Positions 19,038 through 29,154 of a stretch of 64,000 nt of DNA are shown in pieces. The position numbers and the translations under genes were made by a program. Under the pieces are notes generated by a model. The model saw only the letters and a program-made list of their open reading frames with translations. It was not told the origin of the DNA and searched no databases. Source of the stretch: an uncultured Pseudomonadales bacterium (GTDB lineage Bacteria; Pseudomonadota; Gammaproteobacteria; Pseudomonadales; CANNCY01); contig CANNCY010000001.1 of the NCBI GenBank assembly GCA_947503335.1, forward strand, positions 1,090,958-1,154,957, in the 5' to 3' direction. Position 1 is the stretch's first letter, and each line of letters opens with the position of its first letter.

Positions 19038-19808
19038 TTGACTATGCATATTTTACGCTTGATAGCACTTTGGGTAGGTATGCCAATATTGGCTGAAGCC
19101 GCCTGCATCAAGCAGCCACAGCATGACCAGTTTTTAAGTAATGAACTCTCAATCGCCGTTTGGAACGTAGCCAAGCTGAACCACCAGCGCAGCGCCAACG
19201 ACCTAGAACTGCTTATTAACCTGCACGACCTTGTACTAACCCAAGAAGCAATCACAGATAACTCGCCCAAACACCTTACAGGAGCAAGGTACAAAACATT
19301 CGCGCCAGGTTTTAAGATGAATCGCGTGCAAACCGGTGTTGCGACATGGGCTACGGTTCCGGCCACCTTAAAATGCCCTCTCTCATATACCGAACCCTGG
19401 GTGCGCACACCCAAAGCCGCTCTTGTTTCTGCCTATCCTTTCAATGGGGGCGAGCTGTGGGTAGCCAACCTTCATGCAATTAACTTTGTCACCGACCGAA
19501 GCCCATTTGTAAGTCACCTTACGCAGGTCTTAAATACCCTTAAGAATCATGATGGGCCAGCAATTTTTGCAGGCGACTTTAACACTTGGAGCCTAGCAAG
19601 AACGCAAATTATGAATGACCTGCTAAAGAATGCTGGATTCTCGCCGCTAACATTTACCACAGACGTTAGAAGCAGACCCTTTCTAGGGTTACCCTTAGAT
19701 CATATTTGGTATAAAGACCTTGAGGTAATCAGTGGCTCGTCATTCGTTTCAGATAGCTCTGACCATAACCCTATGGTGGCCCGTTTTAGGGCTTTGCCAA
19801 ACGATTAG
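19038..19808 (+). CDS. Endonuclease/exonuclease/phosphatase family protein (YafD/UPF0294-like)
   Basis: VWNVAK, LTQEA, NLHAINF, AGDFNTW, PLDHIW, SDHNPM; signal-like N-terminus. Confidence 0.85.
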   Translation: MTMHILRLIALWVGMPILAEAACIKQPQHDQFLSNELSIAVWNVAKLNHQRSANDLELLINLHDLVLTQEAITDNSPKHLTGARYKTFAPGFKMNRVQTGVATWATVPATLKCPLSYTEPWVRTPKAALVSAYPFNGGELWVANLHAINFVTDRSPFVSHLTQVLNTLKNHDGPAIFAGDFNTWSLARTQIMNDLLKNAGFSPLTFTTDVRSRPFLGLPLDHIWYKDLEVISGSSFVSDSSDHNPMVARFRALPND

Positions 19809-20118
19809 CACCGCCGATAAAGTCGACTTACTGCTGGCGCAAACCGAGACTGACCGCTGCGTTATCTTGCATTTAAACGAACAATACCCTATCGCCCAGT
19901 TTAACCAGCGGCTTAAAGACAAGTATCGTGCAGGCCGTGCACGAATTGGCAGCGTAGATGACTTTATCGACAAGGCCGCCACCCAAAGCCATGTCACCAA
20001 AACCGCGTATCTCTTTCGCTGTCAAAACGGCCTAGAGGGCGAGCTAGCAGGCTGGCTGCACGATATTGCGGCGCGCCTACAGCACGCCGAATGGAGTGAA
20101 GAAAACTTAGAGCCCTAG
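19732..20118 (+). CDS. DUF5329/YfeK-like exported protein
   Basis: KY...IGSVDDFIDKAATQS...Y...C...WL pattern; signal-like N-terminus; GTG start overlaps upstream gene by 77 bp, so start uncertain. Confidence 0.6.
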   Translation: MARHSFQIALTITLWWPVLGLCQTISTADKVDLLLAQTETDRCVILHLNEQYPIAQFNQRLKDKYRAGRARIGSVDDFIDKAATQSHVTKTAYLFRCQNGLEGELAGWLHDIAARLQHAEWSEENLEP

Positions 20119-22619
20119 AGCTCTGTTTGTTTAATTGCTTGTGACAAGAACAGCGCGTTACCCACCAATGGCTCTGTGCCTGCCATCGTTGCTCTAAAGA
20201 GTGGATCAAAGGCAAAGGCAATGACGGCTCCTTGACCTACTCGCTGAGCTGTTAACGCTGGCCGTTGCGACAACACAGCCTTGTTATGCTCACCCAAAAA
20301 GCCAGCCCTTAATGGCGCCTTGTCAAACACAATGGGCGAGCCATAGGGGTTAGTCAATTTAGGAATCGTGGCCATACGCTGCTTAAAGACAGGCATGGTA
20401 GTCTCATCAAAACCAAATAAGAGCGGGTGCGTAAGATCACTGTTCACAGTTAAAAACGCCCCACCCAATGATCGGTCGGCACGATGTGCGTCAAACTCGC
20501 CATAACTTTGGCGTTTATCGCTAGCCTTAGGCTGATCTTCTTTTACGGTGAAACCGCCATACCACTCGCCCAGCGCCCCAGACGCAGAGCCCATCGTTAT
20601 TAGAACACCACCTGCTTTAACAAAACGTTCAACGCCTGACTGTCGATCTTTAGCCCAACCATGATTACCTGCGGCCATCACTATATGGGTAAAACCAGCA
20701 TCTAACGCGCGACCTGCATCGCTGCTATCCACTAAGGTCACTGGGTATTGAAGACGCTGATCTAGATAATGCCACACCTCGCCCGCGCGATAGCTTGAAG
20801 CCCCCTCGCCCACAATCAACGCGATCTTGGGGGCAGTTAGATTAACAACCGATGGCGACCCCATATCAACACCCTGAACTGATAAACTAGAGGTTAACGA
20901 GTGTACCTTGGTGCCCTTTTCACCCACTAGGGCGTTCAGCGTTTTCACAATGCTTGAAGCATCTGACTGCAGCTTGCGAGCAATCATAATCGAGCCAGCA
21001 CCCAGTGATACGATACCTTCTGAAGTTTTCACTTTGACGGGCTTTGTAATCACCTTGGCATTAACGCCTTTACGATGAAGCTGGGCCAGATAGTACAGTG
21101 CGTCAGCGCTGCTTACATCAAACGCCCATGCCAATGCAGTACTATCGACCTCGCCGGAGGTAGCCTTCGGCTGCTCACCCAAGGTAACACTAGGAACCAG
21201 CGCATAATCAAAACCATAACTAAGCGCTAAGTTGTAGGCCGAGACATCATAGAAGGTATTGTCTTCAAAGCTTGTACGCTCTTCAAAGATCGCATCAATC
21301 AATCTACGCTGCTTTTGATTACGAGCAATGACTATCGACTCGCCCACCTTAAACTGCTTGTTGGCGTGCTTTTTATCACGCCCTAACCAGCCCCATTTAA
21401 TATCGTGAAGCTCTAGCACCTCGGTAAAGCGAATCAATTTATTGCGATCGACATCGCTAATCACATAACTACCGCCTTGCGACTTATCAACGGTTAGGTA
21501 TTGACGCTGATAACTGATTAACTCGCCCTTTAACGCCACTGCTGCATCGGTGGTCGACATCGCCGTGGTTAATTGGTTAGAGACAGCATCAGCAAACGAT
21601 CGCTCACGATCACCGGCATCAACCAAATGACCGCGCGCCGAGCCCTGCTCGAACAGAATACCTATGGTGCCGTGAATGTCAGGGTATGTAGAGCCCTTAC
21701 CATAGTAAAAGTCATCAAAGCCTTCTTTTGTGTAATACAGCTCACCTGCAGCGTCTAATGCCTTAGCATGAAACTCGCCAATCTTAGACACTAGCTCAAA
21801 GTTGCGATCGCTGGTATTAGGGTTTTGCCGACTAGGCACCCCTGGCTGAAAGAAATAGTTACTGTGCGAACCCATCTCATGAAAATCAGTTAACACATGA
21901 GGGCGCCATGCATGAAACTGCTTCAATCGCGCTTGCGACTCGGGGTGCTGTGCAAGTAACCAGTCACGATTAAGATCGAACCAATAATGGTTGGTTCGCC
22001 CGCTAGGCCAGCCCTGATTATGATCGCGATTTAAACGATCACTGTTAGGCACCTTTGCTCGATGACCATTGGCCCAGGTGGCAAATCGCGCTAAACCGTC
22101 GGGGTTAAGCACTGGGTCAATTAAGATCACAGTTTCTTCAAGAAATCGTTGGTGCTGATCGCTTTGATCAGCCGCGGCCCACCATGCATATAGAGGTGCA
22201 GCATTAGCGCCACTCGCTTCATCACCATGAACCGAAAAGCCTTGCCACAAGATCAGGTGCTCGCCCTTGCCGGCAAGGTGATCTCGCCTAATTTGCTCTA
22301 AGTTACCTTGGTTTTTTTCGCTGGTAATTGCCAGCATGACCAACGGCCAACCACCCGAACTTTGCCCTGTTTCGATCAATGAGACACGTGGCGAGTTAGC
22401 TGCAAGCGCTCGATAATATGCTGTTAGCTGTGCGGGGTGCAGATGGCGCTGACCAGGCACAAACCCGAACGATTGCGTGGGTGTGACAACATTCGCATCA
22501 GGGCTGAATGGCTTCGCATCAAAATACGCCTGATCACTGGTCTTAGCCTGCGCCATTGCCGTCAGAGCTAGCGCAACACTTAGCCCCGTAGCCTTAAAGA
22601 AGTTCGTTAACTGCATCAA
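20115..22619 (-). CDS. Secreted M14-family zinc carboxypeptidase
   Basis: Signal peptide; SVHGDEASG (HxxE), NPDG, DLNRDW, DFHEMG, FEQG; long C-terminal extension. Confidence 0.85.
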   Translation of the reverse strand: MMQLTNFFKATGLSVALALTAMAQAKTSDQAYFDAKPFSPDANVVTPTQSFGFVPGQRHLHPAQLTAYYRALAANSPRVSLIETGQSSGGWPLVMLAITSEKNQGNLEQIRRDHLAGKGEHLILWQGFSVHGDEASGANAAPLYAWWAAADQSDQHQRFLEETVILIDPVLNPDGLARFATWANGHRAKVPNSDRLNRDHNQGWPSGRTNHYWFDLNRDWLLAQHPESQARLKQFHAWRPHVLTDFHEMGSHSNYFFQPGVPSRQNPNTSDRNFELVSKIGEFHAKALDAAGELYYTKEGFDDFYYGKGSTYPDIHGTIGILFEQGSARGHLVDAGDRERSFADAVSNQLTTAMSTTDAAVALKGELISYQRQYLTVDKSQGGSYVISDVDRNKLIRFTEVLELHDIKWGWLGRDKKHANKQFKVGESIVIARNQKQRRLIDAIFEERTSFEDNTFYDVSAYNLALSYGFDYALVPSVTLGEQPKATSGEVDSTALAWAFDVSSADALYYLAQLHRKGVNAKVITKPVKVKTSEGIVSLGAGSIMIARKLQSDASSIVKTLNALVGEKGTKVHSLTSSLSVQGVDMGSPSVVNLTAPKIALIVGEGASSYRAGEVWHYLDQRLQYPVTLVDSSDAGRALDAGFTHIVMAAGNHGWAKDRQSGVERFVKAGGVLITMGSASGALGEWYGGFTVKEDQPKASDKRQSYGEFDAHRADRSLGGAFLTVNSDLTHPLLFGFDETTMPVFKQRMATIPKLTNPYGSPIVFDKAPLRAGFLGEHNKAVLSQRPALTAQRVGQGAVIAFAFDPLFRATMAGTEPLVGNALFLSQAIKQTEL

Positions 22620-22890
22620 TCTTGTCCTGCATTGTTTGCTCTCTGTCGGTACGAGTGCCGATCTTTACCGTCGATGTTATGCGCGCACACCCCATAGCGT
22701 GTACCGCTTCGTGGCAGGCCTTTATCGCGGCGGTAACCGCATCGAAATCGCCATCGATTACTGTGCCGTACGGGTGCATCTGATACTCTAGCCCTGACGC
22801 CTCAAGTACACGCTGGCACTGTGCGATATAGGGTGCAAGCGACGTACCCACACCCAACGGAATCAAACACAGATCTGCCATTGCTTTCAT
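22594..22890 (-). CDS. MTH1187 family thiamine-binding protein
   Basis: ADLCLIPLGVGTSLAPYIA...HPYGTVIDG...TVKIGTRTDR. Confidence 0.9.
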   Translation of the reverse strand: MKAMADLCLIPLGVGTSLAPYIAQCQRVLEASGLEYQMHPYGTVIDGDFDAVTAAIKACHEAVHAMGCARITSTVKIGTRTDREQTMQDKIDAVNELL

Positions 22891-22898
22891 GACTACTC

Positions 22899-25022
22899 CT
22901 ATAACTGTTTCTTATCTAGACCCAAAATAAAGGCCATATGTTTAGCTTCTTCGCGGGCCGCGCCATAACGACCCGAGGCCCCGCCATGCCCTGCTGTCAT
23001 ATTAGTATCAAGTAACAACAGGTTGGGCGAGTTCCAATGGTGACGCATTTTCGCGACCCACTTAGTTGGCTCAAAGTATTGCACTTGCGAGTCGTGTAGC
23101 CCAGAGGTTACCAATAAATTCGGGTACGCGATGTCACTTACTTGATCATATGGCGAGTAGCTTAGCATGTAGTCAAAGGCTTCTTTGTCGATAGGATTGC
23201 CCCACTCGTCCCACTCGAAAGTAGTTAGCGGAATCGATGCATCTAACATCGTAGTAACAACGTCGACAAAGGGCACACCCGCGATCACACCGTTGTATAA
23301 ATCTGGTGCAATATTGATGACTCCACCCATCAACAATCCGCCAGCGCTGGCCCCTTCAGCATAAACGCGCCCATCGGCTCCATAACCTTTTTCGAGCAAG
23401 CCTTTGGTTACATCGACAAAATCGGTAAAGCTGTTTTTCTTGTGCATTAAACGCCCCTGGTCGTACCAGCTTGCGCCTAATTCTTTACCACCACGCACAT
23501 GCGCAATCGCCCAAATAAAGCCCTCATCTAACAACACTGTGCGTGCTACTGAGAACCAACTATCTGACGATGAACCATAGGCACCGTACCCATAAACCCA
23601 CAACGCAGCCGAGCCATCAGTCGGCGTACTCTTGTGACGTACCGTAGTTGCCAACACCCGCTCACCATCACGCGCCGTAATCCAATGGCTTTCAACCACA
23701 TAATCATCGCTGCTGATATTAGAATGGGTGTTTTCAGAGGTTGCGCGTAGGCGCTGTGTAGTTGAGGAGCCTAGCTTATGAGCATAGCTAAAGTGCTGCT
23801 CAGGTTGGGTCAATCCCTCAATCACTACGTTCAAATGCTTGCTATCTATATCGTAGTTAGCACCAAAGTAAATAGTGTCAGCGTCGAACTGCTTAGGAAT
23901 GTACTGCACCAACTGGCCATCATTCTGGCGATGAGCAATCTGTAAATAGCCACTCACGCGCTCAAGGGTATAAACGTCGTCATCAAAGGCAACTAGTGAC
24001 TCGATTAATGCTTCTTGACGCTCACCGACCAACAGCTGCCACTGCGACATGTCGCTATGCTGCGCTTCTGCAACCCTGAACAACTGCCCATTAGGCGCCT
24101 TAAAGTTAGATACCACATAGAAATAATCGTTCACATGGTCAATCGTCAGCTGGTGCTTGTCGGCTGGCTCAACAAAATACGTTGGTTTCGCATTCTCTTT
24201 ATTCAGATCTACTAGAGACAAATGAGTCTGTTCGGTATGGGTAGACGAGATCACTAAGTATTCGCCCGAGCGCGTTGCATCAATATACAGAGCGTATTCT
24301 TCGTCGGGTTCATGCAAGACCACACGCACCGCACTGTTGTCTGTTAATACCTCCAACACACGGTGCTCACGTAAGGTACCCTGCTCGCGCTGAACAACGA
24401 ACACTGATTTGCTATCTTGACGCCAAACTAGCCCATACCCCAGATCTTGTACCGACAATTGCGTCACCTGATCGGTAACCAAATTCTTAACAAATAGCTT
24501 AAATTGTCGGCGACCCTCGTGATCTTCTAGCCAAGCAATGTGTGACCCATCAGGTGATACGTCGTAGCCTGAGTATTCAAAAAAACTATGACCGGCAGAA
24601 CGTTCTTCAAAGTCTAGAATAACGCGCTCGGCATAGGTAGCACAGCGCTGTAGCAACTGCTCATAGTTGGCGCCTTCAGCGTAATCTGTACGGTAACGAC
24701 AGCCTTGCTTGTGATAAGGTTGCGACGCCGAATCATCGGCAAAGCGGTCGTATACGCGCTGATACAACGACTCTTCTAGCTCTGCAACATTTGATAAAAC
24801 AGCGTTGGTGTACTCGTTCTCTTGCTCGAGATAAGCGAGTATCTCTTTGTCAGACCGCGTATCGTCTCGCAACCAATAGTAAGGATCGTTTCGTTCAACA
24901 CCATGATTGACCATCACGTGGTCAATGCGCTTTGCCACCGGCGGCTCTATCACAGCCGGTTCGCAACCACCTATTAAAAGGCCTGCAAATATAACCGCGA
25001 TACCTTGCTTATAATTCGCCAT
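22899..25022 (-). CDS. ptrB: Oligopeptidase B (S9A) with lipoprotein signal
   Basis: DPYYWLRDD, GYGAYG, AHVRGG, nucleophile GASAGG, DSQVQYFEP, AGHGG; lipobox LLIGGC. Confidence 0.9.
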   Translation of the reverse strand: MANYKQGIAVIFAGLLIGGCEPAVIEPPVAKRIDHVMVNHGVERNDPYYWLRDDTRSDKEILAYLEQENEYTNAVLSNVAELEESLYQRVYDRFADDSASQPYHKQGCRYRTDYAEGANYEQLLQRCATYAERVILDFEERSAGHSFFEYSGYDVSPDGSHIAWLEDHEGRRQFKLFVKNLVTDQVTQLSVQDLGYGLVWRQDSKSVFVVQREQGTLREHRVLEVLTDNSAVRVVLHEPDEEYALYIDATRSGEYLVISSTHTEQTHLSLVDLNKENAKPTYFVEPADKHQLTIDHVNDYFYVVSNFKAPNGQLFRVAEAQHSDMSQWQLLVGERQEALIESLVAFDDDVYTLERVSGYLQIAHRQNDGQLVQYIPKQFDADTIYFGANYDIDSKHLNVVIEGLTQPEQHFSYAHKLGSSTTQRLRATSENTHSNISSDDYVVESHWITARDGERVLATTVRHKSTPTDGSAALWVYGYGAYGSSSDSWFSVARTVLLDEGFIWAIAHVRGGKELGASWYDQGRLMHKKNSFTDFVDVTKGLLEKGYGADGRVYAEGASAGGLLMGGVINIAPDLYNGVIAGVPFVDVVTTMLDASIPLTTFEWDEWGNPIDKEAFDYMLSYSPYDQVSDIAYPNLLVTSGLHDSQVQYFEPTKWVAKMRHHWNSPNLLLLDTNMTAGHGGASGRYGAAREEAKHMAFILGLDKKQL

Positions 25023-25083
25023 AAGTACACCAAATATTTTTGTTATGATGGCGCACAGCTTACCCTACTAAGGCTTAAAGGTC

Positions 25084-25560
25084 ATGACCGACAAGGCTCC
25101 AAAAATCTGGGTCGACGCAGACGCGTGCCCCGTTGTGATAAAAAATATTCTATTCAAAGCAGCCACACGCGCTGAAATAGAAACAACCCTAGTTGCCAAC
25201 CACTCAATGACCGTACCCAACTCGCCCTATTTGCAGTTTATTCAGGTGCAACAAGGCTTTGATGTAGCTGACAATCTGATCGTTCAGCGTGCTAATGCGC
25301 ACGATCTAATCATCACACAAGACATACCGCTAGCGGCCGAGATAGTTGAACTGGGCGCAACAGCGCTCAATCCTAGAGGCGAACGCTACACAGCAGCCAA
25401 CATCAAGGCCAGATTAAATATGCGAGACTTTATGGAGACACTAAGGTCGTCGGGCGTACAAACTGGCGGGCCCGCTGCCTTTAACGATCAAGACAAGCGC
25501 GCCTTCGCTAATGCACTAGACCAGTGGATTACTCGTCAGCAACGACAGGCTCGCTCTTAA
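25084..25560 (+). CDS. yaiI: YaiI/YqxD family protein
   Basis: [35 protein letters not shown]. Confidence 0.92.
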   Translation: MTDKAPKIWVDADACPVVIKNILFKAATRAEIETTLVANHSMTVPNSPYLQFIQVQQGFDVADNLIVQRANAHDLIITQDIPLAAEIVELGATALNPRGERYTAANIKARLNMRDFMETLRSSGVQTGGPAAFNDQDKRAFANALDQWITRQQRQARS

Positions 25561-26935
25561 GCTCGAGCATCGCTGTCTCTACAAGCTCGGGGGGCAGCTC
25601 TTTTTGAACCGAAACACCCAAATCTTTAAATTCAGCAGCCTGTTTAATCAGGTTACCGCGCCCAGTATAAAGTTGACCAAAGGCACTGGTATAGGTCTCT
25701 TTTGCTTTATCTAATTGATTGCCAACAGCCTGCATACTGGTTAAGAAAGTGTTTAGTTTTTTATAGAACTTTTCGGCTCGCTGAGCCAGTTGAGCAGTAT
25801 GCTTATTTTGGTCTTCAAATCGCCACAACTGCCTAACGATATTTAAACTAGTTAGCAGCGTTGTAGGCGTTGCCACCAATACATTTTGCTCTAACGCTCG
25901 CTGAAACAGCGACTCATCATGCTTTAGTGCTTCGACATACGCCGATTCGATGGGCACAAACATAATAACCACTTCGGGCGAGTTTAAGCCCGGCAGCTTA
26001 CCGTACTCCTTGCCTGCCAACTCATTGATGCGATCGCCAACAGCCTGAGCATGCTCGCCCAACGCTATTGCTCGCTGCTCGTCAGATTCTGCATTAACAT
26101 AGCGCGTGTATGCCGCTAAGGATGTTTTGGCATCAATGATAATGTGCTGATCATTAGGCAGATACACCACAGCATCAGGGCGAAGCTTGCCCTCTTCTGT
26201 TTGCACGCTCACTTCGCGCTCATAGTCTTTACCAAGGCGCAATCCTGCACTATCAAGCACATTCTCAAGCATCAATTCGCCCCAGTTACCCTGCACCTTT
26301 TTCTGCCCCTGCAGCGCGGTTGCTAGGCGACTGGCTTGATCTGTAATTTCGCGATTTAACGACTGCAAATGCTTGAGCTCAGTCTTTAGCTCGACACGCT
26401 GCTCAGTGTCACGATGATGTAGCCGTTCTACCGTTTCTTTAAAGCCCTTCAAATCGCCCTGAACGGGCTTAAGCAGCGCATTCAAACTCTCTTCGCTAAG
26501 TGCTTTAAGATCTTTACCTTTACGTTCAAGAATTTCGTTGGCAAGCAGTTCAAACTCTCGCTTTAATTGTTCGCGATCATTCTGCAATACCGACAGCTGC
26601 TCTTTATAATGGGCTTCTTTCTCTTCTAAACGAACCTGTAATTGATTTGCCCCAATACGGGCTTTCTGCTCGGCCTCTTTAATCATTTCTGCAGCTTTTT
26701 CGACCCGCTCATTGGTCGCTTGCAGCTTGGCGCACTCGTCTTTGATCGCTTCATGCTCTGCTTCAAAGCGGGCATAGCGCACTTCGATATCTAGCTGCTT
26801 GTCTTGCGCTTCTTTCAGCACGACTTTGATCTTACGACCGCCTAGTAAATAACCAACTAGCGCGCCAAGAATCAGCGTTATCAAAGAAACCAGCAATAGC
26901 GACTGCGATAGTTCGAAGGTCATGAATGTCTCCAA
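25529..26935 (-). CDS. rmuC: DNA recombination protein RmuC
   Basis: N-terminal TM, coiled coil, [44 protein letters not shown]. Confidence 0.93.
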   Translation of the reverse strand: METFMTFELSQSLLLVSLITLILGALVGYLLGGRKIKVVLKEAQDKQLDIEVRYARFEAEHEAIKDECAKLQATNERVEKAAEMIKEAEQKARIGANQLQVRLEEKEAHYKEQLSVLQNDREQLKREFELLANEILERKGKDLKALSEESLNALLKPVQGDLKGFKETVERLHHRDTEQRVELKTELKHLQSLNREITDQASRLATALQGQKKVQGNWGELMLENVLDSAGLRLGKDYEREVSVQTEEGKLRPDAVVYLPNDQHIIIDAKTSLAAYTRYVNAESDEQRAIALGEHAQAVGDRINELAGKEYGKLPGLNSPEVVIMFVPIESAYVEALKHDESLFQRALEQNVLVATPTTLLTSLNIVRQLWRFEDQNKHTAQLAQRAEKFYKKLNTFLTSMQAVGNQLDKAKETYTSAFGQLYTGRGNLIKQAAEFKDLGVSVQKELPPELVETAMLELKSEPVVADE

Positions 26936-26954
26936 ATGGGTTTAAACTGATGGC

Positions 26955-27515
26955 CTATTTGGGCAAACAGCTTTCGATAATCTTATATAGCTCTGGCCTA
27001 TGCGTGGCCACTTCGTCGATGCTCAGGCCCTCTAGTGAATGAGGGTACTTAAGCCATTCTTCAGTTGTGTGTAAAAAGTAGTCAGGCTGTATCTGGGTCA
27101 AGCGCCTAGCTGGCTTATAGTAGGGTACAGCCACCTTAATTTGCTCGGGCGTATTCGCCCTAGCCTTGGCCTTCAACTCGCCAATTACTGCCTCTAATGT
27201 TCGCCCTGTATCAAACACATCATCAACAATTAGCAGGCGATCACTGTGAGTGCAGGTTTCTACCAAATAGCTTAAACCGTGTACCTGCACCTGATCACTA
27301 CGACCATCAATACCCTCATACGACGAAGTTCTTATGGCAATGTGATCACTGTGCACCCCTTGATAGGCAAAGTATTCTTGCACCGCAATACCAATGGGCA
27401 CACCGCCTCGCCATAACGCTACAATCATCGTTGGCTCAAAACCATCTCTATAGATAGTATCGGCTAGCTTGTACGAGTCTTCTAATAGCGATTGCGCACT
27501 AAGATAAGTTTTCAC
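26955..27515 (-). CDS. Type I phosphoribosyltransferase (xanthine/guanine/hypoxanthine PRT-like), paralogue A
   Basis: WRGG, PRPP loop LLIVDDVFDTGRT. Start set at GTG 27515 by alignment with paralogue B; ORF-track 27629 would overlap the divergent gene. Confidence 0.85.
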   Translation of the reverse strand: MKTYLSAQSLLEDSYKLADTIYRDGFEPTMIVALWRGGVPIGIAVQEYFAYQGVHSDHIAIRTSSYEGIDGRSDQVQVHGLSYLVETCTHSDRLLIVDDVFDTGRTLEAVIGELKAKARANTPEQIKVAVPYYKPARRLTQIQPDYFLHTTEEWLKYPHSLEGLSIDEVATHRPELYKIIESCLPK

Positions 27516-27593
27516 AGATATTCTCAGTAGTTGTATGGCCGTAGTATAATGATTTGGCCCTAGATCAAGCCACCTATTTTTGATGCAATTTAT

Positions 27594-28160
27594 ATGAGCA
27601 AAGCCAAGCAATTTATTAGCGAACAACAACTATTAGAAGACGCCTATACGCTGGCCGTGGCCATATACAAAAGCGGTTTTGTACCCAATTTTATTGTGGG
27701 TGTTTGGCGTGGCGGCTCTACAGTTGGTATCTATGTGCAAGAGTGCCTCCAGTATCTGGGCATTCATACTGATCACATCGCTATTCGCACGAGCTACGAG
27801 GGCGTCGAAAGCTACCACCAGCAATTAGACAACGCCAACATTCGAGTTCATGGCTTGCGATACCTTCACGAGCGAGTAAATGCTAATGATCGCCTACTTA
27901 TCGTTGATGACGTTTACGCATCGGGCCGACATATTGAGGCAGTGATAAACCGACTAAAGCTAAAAAGCAAAAGAAACTGCCCCGACGACATTCGCGTCGC
28001 CGCGCCCTACTTTAAACCAACTCAACTACAAACTGACCGCAAGCCAGATTTTTATCTGCACGAAACCAATGACTGGCTGGTGCTGCCTTACGAACTTACG
28101 GGGCTAACAAAAGAAGAGCTTGCCGAACACAAGCCCTGGGTACATCAGCTGATTAGCTAA
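27594..28160 (+). CDS. Type I phosphoribosyltransferase, paralogue B
   Basis: WRGG, DHIAIRTS, variant PRPP loop LLIVDDVYASGRH. Confidence 0.85.
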   Translation: MSKAKQFISEQQLLEDAYTLAVAIYKSGFVPNFIVGVWRGGSTVGIYVQECLQYLGIHTDHIAIRTSYEGVESYHQQLDNANIRVHGLRYLHERVNANDRLLIVDDVYASGRHIEAVINRLKLKSKRNCPDDIRVAAPYFKPTQLQTDRKPDFYLHETNDWLVLPYELTGLTKEELAEHKPWVHQLIS

Positions 28161-28176
28161 CCAAAAGCCAATTCAA

Positions 28177-28599
28177 CTAAGCGGGCTCTGTTAGAAACCG
28201 CTCGGCTTGCTGACGCATCTCGCCGTCGATAGCGGTTGCCTTGCGAGCCGCCATATCAAACAGTACCGAAGTACTCTCAAGTGTTGCTGCCACTTCATTA
28301 CGGCTTAGGTTGTGCATTGTGTATTTAGCGGTTGCAGACTTACCACCTAAACGAACAAACTCGGCAGTCACTGCCAACAAATCGCCCGAACCAACCTCAG
28401 CAGCATATTCAATCACGTGCTTTACGTCGGCCCAACCAAGCTGCAGCTCGGCCGCTTGCTCTGGGGTCCAACCAAACACCTTAAATAAAAAGTGATAACT
28501 AGCATCGTCAAACATCGCAACGTAGTGGCGAGTTGTCATATGCCCCATAACGTCGCACAACCAAGGATGTGCAACGCCTTGATAAACTGCGTCTTTCAT
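28177..28599 (-). CDS. Acyl-CoA thioesterase (4HBT hotdog fold)
   Basis: WLCDVMGHMTTRHYVAMFDDA; GKSATAKY hotdog pattern; shares a base with the MarR stop. Confidence 0.85.
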   Translation of the reverse strand: MKDAVYQGVAHPWLCDVMGHMTTRHYVAMFDDASYHFLFKVFGWTPEQAAELQLGWADVKHVIEYAAEVGSGDLLAVTAEFVRLGGKSATAKYTMHNLSRNEVAATLESTSVLFDMAARKATAIDGEMRQQAERFLTEPA

Positions 28600-29132
28600 T
28601 ATTTTTGATTCTCTAAAGAAAGGTCTATTACGTTAGCAACTTGGCCAACGGTATTTGATTCTGGCTGAACTGGGCTACCGAGATCTAGCAATGGCGCAGC
28701 ATCAATGTCTTCTGCATCCATCATTGAGGCAACACGTTGAAGAGAGGCCAATATCATGCTTTTTTCCCACTCTTCTAGTTTCTCGAAGCGGTTAGCAAAA
28801 CGATCTTGCAACGGCGTCGGTGCGCTCGCTAGCACCGACTCGCCCGTTTCAGTTAAGAAAGCGTGCACCTTGCGACGATCTTGGCTAGAGCGCTCTCGAT
28901 AAACCAAACCTTTCGATACCAAACGATCGATAATGGTAGTAACCGTAGCCTGGCTGAGATTAACTTCACCTGCGATGGTGCCAATGGTAACAGGCGAATG
29001 CTGAGCAATCGCCTTTAATACCAATATCTGAGGGGCTGTGTAGCCTGAAGTTTTAACCAGATGCTTCGAATGCAGATCTGTTGCGCGAATAACACGTCGC
29101 AAACAAACCAGCACTTCGTCAATTCGATCCAT
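28599..29132 (-). CDS. MarR-family regulator of the CosR/EctR type
   Basis: MDRIDEVLVCLRRVIRATDLHSK...LSQATVTTIIDRL...DRRKVH...APTPLQDRF...WEKSMILASLQRVASMMDAEDIDAAPLL matches the CosR/EctR1 pattern as recalled. Confidence 0.8.
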   Translation of the reverse strand: MDRIDEVLVCLRRVIRATDLHSKHLVKTSGYTAPQILVLKAIAQHSPVTIGTIAGEVNLSQATVTTIIDRLVSKGLVYRERSSQDRRKVHAFLTETGESVLASAPTPLQDRFANRFEKLEEWEKSMILASLQRVASMMDAEDIDAAPLLDLGSPVQPESNTVGQVANVIDLSLENQK

Positions 29133-29154
29133 AAAGCACTGCCTAAATTAGTTA

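Noticed and set aside
27516-27629. N-terminal extension of PRT paralogue A
   Set aside because: Overlaps the start of the divergent paralogue; alignment supports GTG 27515.
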